IMG/VR virus record: IMGVR_UViG_3300009183_000045
Reading direction: 5' to 3' (one strand)
Length of the DNA stretch: 64,000 nucleotides
Source of the DNA: a virus
Taxonomy: Duplodnaviria > Caudoviricetes
A program made the translations under genes and the position numbers. Shown piece after piece: positions 1-8,158 of this stretch. Numbering within the stretch: position 1 is the first letter of the stretch; every line of letters starts with the position of its first letter. Below the pieces are notes generated by a model that worked only from the letters and a program-made list of their open reading frames with translations, did not search any database and was not told the origin of the DNA.

Positions 1-119
1 ACATATATGTGATTATTTTTAAGTCTTAAGTCTTTTAGATTTCTTTGCTCAAGCCTAAATCTTGGAGTTGTTTGTCTGCAATAATTAATTAATTTGTCGT
101 GTATATTTTTGTAATTCAT
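1..119 (-). CDS. 5' part of a probable free-standing homing endonuclease (runs off the window edge; not in the ORF track)
   Basis: ATG at 119 opens MNYKNIHDKLINYCRQTTPRFRLEQRNLKDLRLKNNHIY..., open to position 1. The N-terminus resembles that of the HNH ORF at 43675-44487 (MNYKSIYLKIC). It lies directly after an N-intein fragment, the usual position of the endonuclease in fractured loci. No catalytic motif is visible in the window. Confidence 0.6.
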   Translation of the reverse strand, partial: MNYKNIHDKLINYCRQTTPRFRLEQRNLKDLRLKNNHIY

Positions 120-160
120 AATCTCGTTACATAATTACTTATGCTCTGAGGTCATGGATA

Positions 161-1789
161 TTAAGCGTCTAATACAAGAATATCTGTTACAAGCAGATCT
201 TTTGCTTCCACATACCCTCGATTGTGAGTGTAAATCTTATGTTCTGGAGTGCATTGAATTGTATAACCGGTAGTTTCATCTTCAATTTCAATTAACTCTT
301 CAGATACACCGGTCTGTGCAAACGCACTAATTAATGAGACTGCATTAGTATCTGCTGCAATATCATATGATCTAATATGTACTGTACCTTCTTGCATATA
401 TTTTTCAAGATCTTTAATTTGAATTGTCAGGTCACCGTATATCGCGGTGCTGATATCAATTAAGGTTTCTCCAACTAAACACAGATTAGTCATAGATACT
501 CTCTCCAAAAAGGATCCGTGTTCATTGCAATGATCAATATTCATCACATATAGGCGACCAGTTTCAGTACGTTCCTTTACAAATTGAGACATCAAAGAAC
601 TGGCCTTCACTTTTCTCTTATAACGAATATTTTTATCTGATTCATATTTTTCATACAATTCATCAAAATGAGGAAGACCAAACGCTTCTGTCAAATCTGG
701 TACTTCATGTGAGGAAAACAAAGTGATTGATTCATTTTTCATGAAGCGTTCATAAAAGATCTTGGAAAATTGTATCACATAATCAACTTTACGAACTCGA
801 TTGTCTTCTGTTCCTCCGTTGTTTTTAAGAGATAAAACATCTTCTATTTCATAGTGCCAGAACGGAAAATTTACAGTAGCGCCGCCGCCACGAATTCCGT
901 TTTGTTGACAACTTTTGACGGTGGCTTCAAATACCTTGAGAAAAGGAATTACTCCAGTGTGAATAACGCTGCCATTTTTAATTTCAGTGCCGATACCGCG
1001 AATCCTTCCAAAATTTAATCCGATTCCGTATCGCTGAGTAGTAGCAAAGCCAGCAGCAGTATTGGAACTAAAAATAGACTCCTTAGTATCATCCACATCA
1101 ATGAGGCAACACGACGCATACTGTTTAAGCAAACCGCGGATACCCGCCATTTGGGGTGTGGGTAAATTGATTTTAAATTTACTAAATCGGTCGTAGGCTC
1201 TTTTAACATATTGTAATCGGTTTTCTGGTGGATATTTCATGTAGCTCACCATGGCTGCCATCATATAGGCAAACTGGGGTGTTTCGTAAATTTCTTTGCT
1301 CTTACGATTTTGAATCAAATATTTATCACACAATTGTTTGAGGCCTGAATATGTAAAGTCATAATCTCTGTTATGAACTATCTTTTCATCTAATTTATCT
1401 ATTTCCGCCTTGGTATAGTGTTGAAGAATCTCCGGGTGATATATTTTTCTTTCAACATTGGCTTCTATAAAATCATAAAATTTCGGGGGATTTTTTCCTC
1501 CCCACACATCTTTACGCAATTGATAACTTAATAACCGAGAAGCTACCCATTGATAATTGGGATTTTCTTCATTAAAAAGATTAATAGCAGATTCTACTAA
1601 CACTTTATGGATTTCTTTAGTAGAGATACCATCTACAAGGTTTAATTTGGTATTAATTTCAATGTCTGAAATACTAACACCGGTTATTTCTTGAGTTGCC
1701 CATATAATAACTTTGTTGATGTTGTCTACATTAAAAGGAACCAAGGTACCATCTCTTTTTCTGACTTTGAGGATATTATTTTCACTCAT
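161..1789 (-). CDS. nrdA: class Ia ribonucleotide reductase alpha subunit, N-terminal extein fused to a split-intein N fragment
   Basis: N-terminal ATP cone (KVRKRDG..VPFN), ETPQ..YM, INLPTPQMAG, YASCCL, QQNGIRGG, VKERTETGRLY..NIDHCN and MTNL. RNR similarity stops just before the radical Cys of the NLCxE motif. Confidence 0.95.
   Translation of the reverse strand: MSENNILKVRKRDGTLVPFNVDNINKVIIWATQEITGVSISDIEINTKLNLVDGISTKEIHKVLVESAINLFNEENPNYQWVASRLLSYQLRKDVWGGKNPPKFYDFIEANVERKIYHPEILQHYTKAEIDKLDEKIVHNRDYDFTYSGLKQLCDKYLIQNRKSKEIYETPQFAYMMAAMVSYMKYPPENRLQYVKRAYDRFSKFKINLPTPQMAGIRGLLKQYASCCLIDVDDTKESIFSSNTAAGFATTQRYGIGLNFGRIRGIGTEIKNGSVIHTGVIPFLKVFEATVKSCQQNGIRGGGATVNFPFWHYEIEDVLSLKNNGGTEDNRVRKVDYVIQFSKIFYERFMKNESITLFSSHEVPDLTEAFGLPHFDELYEKYESDKNIRYKRKVKASSLMSQFVKERTETGRLYVMNIDHCNEHGSFLERVSMTNLCLVGETLIDISTAIYGDLTIQIKDLEKYMQEGTVHIRSYDIAADTNAVSLISAFAQTGVSEELIEIEDETTGYTIQCTPEHKIYTHNRGYVEAKDLLVTDILVLDA
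164..481 (-). mobile_element. split intein N-fragment (IntN, 106 aa) in NrdA
   Basis: After MTNL the protein continues CLVGETLI (block A, Cys1) and CTPEHKIYTHNRGYVEAKDLLVTDIL (block B, TxxH), then stops 4 aa later. There are no block F/G or endonuclease motifs. Confidence 0.9.
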
Positions 1790-1831
1790 AAAATTATTGT
1801 TTGTTGTTTATTTAGACGGATCAAAGTCCAT

Positions 1832-2200
1832 TCACTTCTTCTTTCTTTTTTTAGATTTTGGTGCAGTTTCTGGGATAAGTTTTTGTACTTCTCTTTTATA
1901 TATTTTGTCGGCTAAATGTTTTAAAAATTCAGCAACTTCAAAAGAGGAACAAACGTTGATGATCCTAGATTCTGCATATTTAATGTCTGATTCCGGCCAA
2001 TCAGGATACAAGTAGTGGAGTAATTCATGAAAGGCTGTAGGAATTATATCTCTTCTATAATCTAATTCTATGTCAGTCCAGTAACAAAGACCTACAGAAT
2101 TGTTCATTTTTCTCAAATTAAAAAATTCTGGAGGTTTAGTTTTGACTAAATCTAAGGTTTTCTCGTAGAGATCTTTAACCTCTTTGTTTGTCAATTTCAT
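1832..2200 (-). CDS. small hypothetical protein with zincin-like HExxH motif
   Basis: 122-aa ORF containing AFHELLHYLYPDWPE, with a basic C-terminal tail. Confidence 0.55.
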   Translation of the reverse strand: MKLTNKEVKDLYEKTLDLVKTKPPEFFNLRKMNNSVGLCYWTDIELDYRRDIIPTAFHELLHYLYPDWPESDIKYAESRIINVCSSFEVAEFLKHLADKIYKREVQKLIPETAPKSKKRKKK

Positions 2201-2207
2201 TGAAAAA

Positions 2208-2540
2208 TTACTTTTTCTTTTTCTTGATATTGGCTTCTTTGGTTAAGACTGCCTGTGCTGCGGTTTTTTTGGCAGTCTCAAAACGACTCTCTGCAGCTTC
2301 AATAGTGTTACAAGTCCAACCCATGTTTCCCCATTGGGACCCACTAGGATATAGTTCACCGGGTTCAATGTAATTCCCATCAATGGTTATTCCATTATGA
2401 GAAGATATAATCACTACCTCAAAATGAGGATTCCTGGAGGAAGTAACTGGGTGTCTCTTATAAATTGCAACATTTTCTTCTCTCTTCAGCAGAAGGTGCT
2501 TAAATCCCTTTTTGATAAACTTTTCTGGTACGAGCTTCAT
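2208..2540 (-). CDS. hypothetical protein
   Basis: 110-aa ORF tightly packed with its neighbour and preceded by a promoter-like motif. Confidence 0.7.
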   Translation of the reverse strand: MKLVPEKFIKKGFKHLLLKREENVAIYKRHPVTSSRNPHFEVVIISSHNGITIDGNYIEPGELYPSGSQWGNMGWTCNTIEAAESRFETAKKTAAQAVLTKEANIKKKKK

Positions 2541-2575
2541 ATAATTATTATCTATGGTTTTGGGTTTGATGTCAC
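2541..2575 (-). promoter_or_regulatory. putative promoter GTGACA-N17-GATAAT-N6-ATG
   Basis: Sigma70-like spacing; identical geometry to the motif at 44916-44950. Confidence 0.5.
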
Positions 2576-2601
2576 GAGAAAATGGTGTATCATTGTGATA
2601 T

Positions 2602-3411
2602 ATGAATTTTAAAGAGTTGGTTCTTTTGGAAAGGGGATTTGAAGATGTAATTTTTTCTGAAAAGGATCATTCTTATAAAATAAGAGGAGAAAAGGCTTAC
2701 TCTTCTGTTACTCAACTGTTAAAAAAGTATGAAAAACCTTTTGATACTAAAAAATTGTCGAAGATTGTTGCAAACCGGCAAGGGGTTCTTGAAGAAGATA
2801 TTGTACACTTGTGGGATTTTAAAAGAGATTATGCATGTTTGAAGGGTACTTTGTTCCATTTGTATGTAGAAAATTTCTTACAGAAGAAAAGGTCTCCTTT
2901 AAACAAAAATGAAATTGAAGATTTTGTTAAAAATCATAGAGAGTATATTACTACAGAGGAATTTTATAATGACATAGCCTCTTATATTTCCAATTTTAAT
3001 AATTTTTATGAATGGTGGAAAGCAGATCATATTTTAGTGAGGCCAGAGTTAGTGGTTGGAGATGTTGCTACTGGAGTTTGTGGATGTGTAGATAACCTTT
3101 CTTTGAATTGTAAAACCGGTGAATTGGTTATATTTGATTACAAGAGTAACAAAGAAATTAAACAAAAAAGCAAAGACAGACTTCTGGGTATGTTAAGTCA
3201 CTTGGAGGCCACTACATTAGTAAAATATTCACTTCAAATGGCACTTTATTCTGAAATTATAGAAAGAAATACTCCTTTTAAAATTTTTGATAATAAAATT
3301 GTTTGGGTTGGGGGTTCTTCCTATGAATTAATTTCATGTCTTGATATGAGACAAGAGGCTAAAGCTTTACTAAATCAGGTTGAATTGCAAAAAGGTGTTG
3401 ATATAAAATGA
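2602..3411 (+). CDS. PD-(D/E)XK (RecB/Cas4-like) exonuclease
   Basis: SSVTQLL, GTLFHLYVE, RPE..V, CGCVDNL, IFDYKS and YSLQMALY motifs. Confidence 0.85.
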   Translation: MNFKELVLLERGFEDVIFSEKDHSYKIRGEKAYSSVTQLLKKYEKPFDTKKLSKIVANRQGVLEEDIVHLWDFKRDYACLKGTLFHLYVENFLQKKRSPLNKNEIEDFVKNHREYITTEEFYNDIASYISNFNNFYEWWKADHILVRPELVVGDVATGVCGCVDNLSLNCKTGELVIFDYKSNKEIKQKSKDRLLGMLSHLEATTLVKYSLQMALYSEIIERNTPFKIFDNKIVWVGGSSYELISCLDMRQEAKALLNQVELQKGVDIK

Positions 3412-3433
3412 CAATTCTTTAATATAAAATACT

Positions 3434-3829
3434 ATGAAATTTAAATATACAAACTCTAACAATGAGGAGGCTTTTTTTGAGGCAGTTCCGTTGACTACAG
3501 AACTTTATACAGAGTTGATAGAAATAGACAAAGAATTTCTTCAAAATGTTGCAGAAGGCAAAGAAGTTTTTTTTAAGGATGAGCCCTTGATAGAAGCGGC
3601 GAAAAGTTTGTTAATCTCTTTTGGTAAAGGAAAAGAAATTCAACCTTCTTCTCTTTCAGATACTCATGAAGTTCTATTAGTGACTTCAAAAACAATTCTC
3701 AAAGAGGCAGAAGAATATAAGAAAACCAATTACACACCCAAAAGAATTGTAAGAGATAAAATGATCACTAGTAAGATTAGATCCTTCAAAAAAGAAAAAA
3801 TGGAATTAAATTTTGATTTGGCCCACTAA
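3434..3829 (+). CDS. hypothetical protein
   Basis: 131-aa ORF filling the intergenic space, no recognised motif. Confidence 0.7.
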   Translation: MKFKYTNSNNEEAFFEAVPLTTELYTELIEIDKEFLQNVAEGKEVFFKDEPLIEAAKSLLISFGKGKEIQPSSLSDTHEVLLVTSKTILKEAEEYKKTNYTPKRIVRDKMITSKIRSFKKEKMELNFDLAH

Positions 3830-3852
3830 AAAGGTAAATATTGTTACAACAT

Positions 3853-4731
3853 ATGTCATTGCTCAACGCCTATACACAAATTTTAAATGAAAGTGGAAAA
3901 GACCACGAAGTTAAAGGAGCCGTAAAAAAGGGTCAAGATTTTGCCTCGGGTTTAAAGGTTAATAAACAAGAAGGACCCAAGGTTGAATCTCCTAAAGAAG
4001 ATAAAGAACATTCTGTAGATGGTGAAAACAATGGCGTTCCTAAGAAGTTAGCCAAAGAATCTTCTAATCCCTTTGATGCTATTTACAATAAAATCTTAGC
4101 CCAAGAAAATTGGGAAGCTGAAGAAGAAGCTAACGAACAACCTAACTTTGGATCACCCACTGGTCATGATTCCAACAATATGGAGTTTAGTGGTGACAAC
4201 TCTTCCGGAGAGGGTGAAGTTGAATTAACAGATGATTCGGATGAACATCCAATGAGCCAGGTCCTCTCTGCCTTAAAGGCCGCTGTCGAAGCTTTAGAAA
4301 AAGTTATCAGTCCAGAGAGTGGTGAAGAAGGTGAAGGTGAAGAAGAAGGTGAAGAAGGTGAAGAACACGAAGAGGATGAAAGTGACGAAGAAGAAAAAGA
4401 AGAACATCAAGAATTTGGTGAATCAACCGAGGAAGACGACGATGACGATGACGATGAAGATGAAGACGGTGATGTTAAAAAGGAAGAAGTAGATGCTCAA
4501 GTTTTGGGCCATGCTTTAATTGACTTGGAAAAATTGGCAGCCAGCTTAACGAGTCCTAAAAACCAAGTTGTTAAGGGAGCAGTGCCAGTTAATAAAGGAA
4601 AGGCTCAAGTGCCTAAGGGTGTTAAGACAACTCCAAGACCCACAGAATTAAAGGGCAAGGGCGAAAGTCTTCAAAGCAAAAAAGTTGACACTGGTTATGT
4701 CAAGAAAGACAAAAACTGGTACGATCAGTAA
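3853..4731 (+). CDS. highly acidic low-complexity protein (possible virion internal/scaffold-type protein)
   Basis: ATG at 3853 preferred over TTG 3841; TAAATA at 3835-3840. Long E/D tract at about 4320-4480 and a Lys-rich C-terminus. Function is not recognisable. Confidence 0.7.
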   Translation: MSLLNAYTQILNESGKDHEVKGAVKKGQDFASGLKVNKQEGPKVESPKEDKEHSVDGENNGVPKKLAKESSNPFDAIYNKILAQENWEAEEEANEQPNFGSPTGHDSNNMEFSGDNSSGEGEVELTDDSDEHPMSQVLSALKAAVEALEKVISPESGEEGEGEEEGEEGEEHEEDESDEEEKEEHQEFGESTEEDDDDDDDEDEDGDVKKEEVDAQVLGHALIDLEKLAASLTSPKNQVVKGAVPVNKGKAQVPKGVKTTPRPTELKGKGESLQSKKVDTGYVKKDKNWYDQ

Positions 4732-4748
4732 ATTTGATTAAACAAATT

Positions 4749-4778
4749 AAAAACTCCGCTTAAGCGGAGTTTTTTTTT
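4749..4778 (+). terminator. intrinsic terminator
   Basis: AAAAACTCCGC-TTAA-GCGGAGTTTTT perfect hairpin followed by a T run, just after the 4731 stop. The flanking A run could make it bidirectional. Confidence 0.85.
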
Positions 4779-4789
4779 CTAAATATATC

Positions 4790-5200
4790 ATGGAAGATAA
4801 TTTTTATTCTTTTTATAAAAAAAATCAGGGACTGCCTTCTGCTTTTACTAAGAGTCACGGTGTTACAAAAAATACCAGAAAACATCATCAGAGTGTCGAT
4901 AGACTTGCCAAAATAGGTCATCGCAAAAGTGGTAAGGTTAATTTGGTTGCGGCAAGTGAAAACCAATCCTTAAAAAATCCAGTAGTAAATGCTTTTGCAA
5001 ATTCTAATCGAACTTTTATAAAAGGATTAACTTGGGCAATAGTAAAACCTATACTAGATGCATACAAGATTCAACATGATGTAGAATCTGAAGAGACTTA
5101 TGATAAATCTCTTAATAGAGTTCAATGTAAATTAACCGGTGCTAAAATAATTATTCGTTATATTCCTCAAAACAAAACTTGGGTGCTTTTTAAGAAATAA
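4790..5200 (+). CDS. hypothetical protein
   Basis: 136-aa ORF; TAAATA 4 nt upstream of the ATG. Confidence 0.7.
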   Translation: MEDNFYSFYKKNQGLPSAFTKSHGVTKNTRKHHQSVDRLAKIGHRKSGKVNLVAASENQSLKNPVVNAFANSNRTFIKGLTWAIVKPILDAYKIQHDVESEETYDKSLNRVQCKLTGAKIIIRYIPQNKTWVLFKK

Positions 5201-5201
5201 T

Positions 5202-5831
5202 ATGGAAACTTTACGTTATCTTAATAAACAACACAACCAATCTGAAAGACAGAACTTTTCAAATTGGTGGAAGGAACAGATTCAAATTAATGGACAGGAA
5301 ATAGTTTATTATAGCAATCAAACCTCTTTATCCGGAAGCAATCCTCTATACGGAGAGCAACCAGACGCGGGGTTCGGAGATGGACATCCTTTGATAGTAT
5401 TAGGTAATTTAAACGGTGATTCTGTTTTATTATCTAAATTTGGTTTAATAGCAGACGGTGAATGGTCCGGAGTTCTACACAAAGATACCTATACAACTGT
5501 ATATGGTTTATCTTCTGAACCCAAAAGAGGAGATCTTATGGCGTTAGTTGAATACGGAGTAGATCGAATCAATTATCCTAAAAGAGGAACTACTATATAT
5601 GAATTAACAGATGTAGTTGACGAGTTTAAAGGAAATCCTTTGATGGGCCATTACGTGTGGTTTTTTACAGGCAAGAGATATGACTACAGCCAAGAACCAC
5701 ACAGTCCTGGTGCTGGTATGGGAAATCTTCCATTAGAAGATAATGATGTTATACAACAAATTGCAGACGAGAATTTTAATTATATAGAAGAAAACCCAGA
5801 CAGTAATACTAGTGTTTACGGTGAATATTAA
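5202..5831 (+). CDS. gp14: neck protein, T4 gp14-like
   Basis: NPLYGE...F and LSKFGL..D motifs typical of gp14 head-tail connectors. Confidence 0.55.
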   Translation: METLRYLNKQHNQSERQNFSNWWKEQIQINGQEIVYYSNQTSLSGSNPLYGEQPDAGFGDGHPLIVLGNLNGDSVLLSKFGLIADGEWSGVLHKDTYTTVYGLSSEPKRGDLMALVEYGVDRINYPKRGTTIYELTDVVDEFKGNPLMGHYVWFFTGKRYDYSQEPHSPGAGMGNLPLEDNDVIQQIADENFNYIEENPDSNTSVYGEY

Positions 5832-6166
5832 TATTCACGTAGACTTACATCTATTTCTGGAAACAATGCTTTCATTTCAGAAGAAGCATCTTCATTGTGG
5901 CATATGTTGATCTTATAATCTTCCATCAAGAGTTTGCGTAAATATATGTCCTGAGTAGACGACATATACTCTCGTATCTCCAGGGGTTTAAATTCAATCT
6001 TATCTAGCGGAATCTTTTTTTCTGTGGCTTTATCTGCTATAAGATTCACTGCTTCATATAGAGCAATCCACTTTGCCGTGGTTAAAGACTTCTCCTGAGC
6101 TTCGCCCCACCAGTCTAGAGGATTTTGATAGACTTCTGTTTCTTGTTTTGGATTAATGGTCTTCAT
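5828..6166 (-). CDS. hypothetical protein
   Basis: 112-aa ORF, last gene of a packed minus-strand block. Confidence 0.65.
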   Translation of the reverse strand: MKTINPKQETEVYQNPLDWWGEAQEKSLTTAKWIALYEAVNLIADKATEKKIPLDKIEFKPLEIREYMSSTQDIYLRKLLMEDYKINICHNEDASSEMKALFPEIDVSLREY

Positions 6167-6170
6167 ATTA

Positions 6171-6605
6171 TTACTTGGTGGCTGGGCCGGAAATAGTGGG
6201 CGCGGGCATCATAGGATCTGTGAATTCTGTAACTTTAGCAACTACAAAATTAATGTTTACCACATTCTTAGCATCACAATTTTGACACACGAATTCAAAA
6301 CGTTCATTTTGATCCGGAACAAACGTGTTGATGTTAGAGGCATTACACGCCGCACATTCAAGAATAGTTGAAAGGGGTGCTAATTTATCCAATTCCTTTT
6401 GTCGAGTTTGGTGGCTAAAGTAATTGTTGACAGTTCCGGCAATCACGGAAAACAGAATATATTGCATAGCCACTGCCAAGATAAAGGCAGGGAGAAATGG
6501 TTTGCCTGCTAGAACAAAGCCTAATCCAATTAGTGATGAGAGGAAACAAACGGTGGTGGTTGATTTTAAAAATTCAAATAAATTTTTATTAAGATATAGT
6601 TTCAT
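6171..6605 (-). CDS. membrane protein with C-terminal Zn ribbon
   Basis: Two hydrophobic segments (aa ~18-60) followed by CAAC...CQNC. Confidence 0.7.
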   Translation of the reverse strand: MKLYLNKNLFEFLKSTTTVCFLSSLIGLGFVLAGKPFLPAFILAVAMQYILFSVIAGTVNNYFSHQTRQKELDKLAPLSTILECAACNASNINTFVPDQNERFEFVCQNCDAKNVVNINFVVAKVTEFTDPMMPAPTISGPATK

Positions 6606-6616
6606 TAAGAAACATT

Positions 6617-7102
6617 TTACTTAGATTTTCCGGGAACTACCACCATATTTTTATTTATATCTCTTTCTTGAGCTGGATTTATACCCTCCAGACTAGAGGC
6701 TAAATCCATATAAAATGTTAATTTTGCATCCAAGTCCTTGATGGCACCTAGAATTTTGGCTGAATATGCAATTAAGGAATTTAATTTCTTTTTTTGTTTT
6801 GCATCCAACGTGGTGTTAAGTTGTAAACAATTTTCCATTTTATTGGAAGCTGTTAACAAATATATAAAACTATCAGCGAGATCATTGGTCACGGTCTGTA
6901 GTGGCCACGGCATATCTGCAGTTTGTTCTACAGGAGGACCAACTGCCGGAAAGAGTGGATTATTTTTTTGATATGGAAAATTATATCCTTGTTGATTACT
7001 TTGAGGGCCCCAGTCTTTTCTGGGTGCATCACTATAACCCCCGTAATTAGGATTATTGTACATGCCATCTAAAGCCTCATTCAAAGCATTATGCAAGTCC
7101 AT
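6617..7102 (-). CDS. hypothetical protein
   Basis: Start at 7102 (MDLHNAL) lies 1 nt after the upstream stop and is preferred over the track's 7138. Helical C-terminal half. Confidence 0.7.
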   Translation of the reverse strand: MDLHNALNEALDGMYNNPNYGGYSDAPRKDWGPQSNQQGYNFPYQKNNPLFPAVGPPVEQTADMPWPLQTVTNDLADSFIYLLTASNKMENCLQLNTTLDAKQKKKLNSLIAYSAKILGAIKDLDAKLTFYMDLASSLEGINPAQERDINKNMVVVPGKSK

Positions 7103-7103
7103 A

Positions 7104-7292
7104 TTAAGCCAATTTACCGATACGAACTCGATTACCACAACGACTACAATTCCATTTTACCAATTTTTCTGATTGTTTGGTTTTTGGATCTACATTTTCA
7201 ACAACTTGTCCTCTTACATAATCACCACAAAAATGACATGCAATGGGTTTATTTGTTACCGGCTGATAATCTGATTTTCTTTGATCGCTCAT
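7104..7292 (-). CDS. small Zn-ribbon protein
   Basis: 62 aa with CHFC...CSRC; TAAATA 7 nt upstream of the ATG. Confidence 0.7.
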   Translation of the reverse strand: MSDQRKSDYQPVTNKPIACHFCGDYVRGQVVENVDPKTKQSEKLVKWNCSRCGNRVRIGKLA

Positions 7293-7317
7293 ATCTTAAT
7301 ATTTAGCACTAAAAAGG

Positions 7318-8136
7318 TTAATTGCTAGGAAACATTTCTTTGGAAGAATCTTGTGTTTCAAACTTGTCATGGGTTTCAAGTTTACCAACGACAAATTTAA
7401 CAAATTCAGATCTTACAATGTCATCCTTATTAAATTGAAAGTGGTGCACACCATGTTCTTTACTAACCTCATCATTAAACATTTTACACATCCTACTAAA
7501 TCCTCCACTTTTGCTGTAAGGAAGATCTGATTGATATGGGTCACCCAAAAATATTATTTTTGAAAACTCACCGAGACGAGTGATTGTGGTAACTAATTCT
7601 TTGAAAGTTATGTTTTGGCATTCATCAACTATAATCACCTTGGCTGGCCAATGAAGGCCTCTAATATAGTTAACTGGCATAGCATTAACTCTTTTATCTG
7701 CATGTAATCTCTTAATCGTACTAGCATCTAAAAATTCTTCCATCTTTTCTGTGAAAGGTGCCATATATGCTTCAAATTTTTCATCTATAGTACCTGGCAG
7801 ATAACCTATTTTACTATCAGCACTTTCAACGGCACTTCTAACAAAGATAATATCAGATGCTTTTTTAAGTTTTAACAATTGTAAAGCAGCATAAACTGCG
7901 GTACTAGTTTTGGCACAACCAGCGGGTCCTTCTATAAAGACACATTTGGTGTGTTTGTCTAATAAAAGAGATATAAGTCCTTTTTGTTTTTCTGTCCACG
8001 GCAGTGGTCTGCAACTGAAATCAAAATTTATTTTATCTCTTTGAAATACTCTTGGTGATGTATCCTTTGGATGTTCCGTGTTTTCTAACACTTCTTCATT
8101 CATTGGCCGGCTTTTAGAGCGGGGTTTTTTGCCCAT
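7318..8136 (-). CDS. phoH: PhoH-like ATPase
   Basis: GPAGCAKT (P-loop), RSAVES, GYLPG, YIRG, IIVDECQN, TRLGE.SK..FLGD..QSD and DIVRS. Probable start MGKKP at 8136. Confidence 0.95.
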   Translation of the reverse strand: MGKKPRSKSRPMNEEVLENTEHPKDTSPRVFQRDKINFDFSCRPLPWTEKQKGLISLLLDKHTKCVFIEGPAGCAKTSTAVYAALQLLKLKKASDIIFVRSAVESADSKIGYLPGTIDEKFEAYMAPFTEKMEEFLDASTIKRLHADKRVNAMPVNYIRGLHWPAKVIIVDECQNITFKELVTTITRLGEFSKIIFLGDPYQSDLPYSKSGGFSRMCKMFNDEVSKEHGVHHFQFNKDDIVRSEFVKFVVGKLETHDKFETQDSSKEMFPSN

Positions 8137-8158
8137 GTTACAACTACTTACCACCGTG

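Noticed and set aside
2602-3411. Cas4-like nuclease as part of a CRISPR-Cas system
   Set aside because: No array or other cas genes in the window, and no Fe-S Cys cluster typical of Cas4.
4320-4480. GAA/GAT/GAC-rich tandem repeats
   Set aside because: Simply encode the acidic tract of the 3853-4731 protein.
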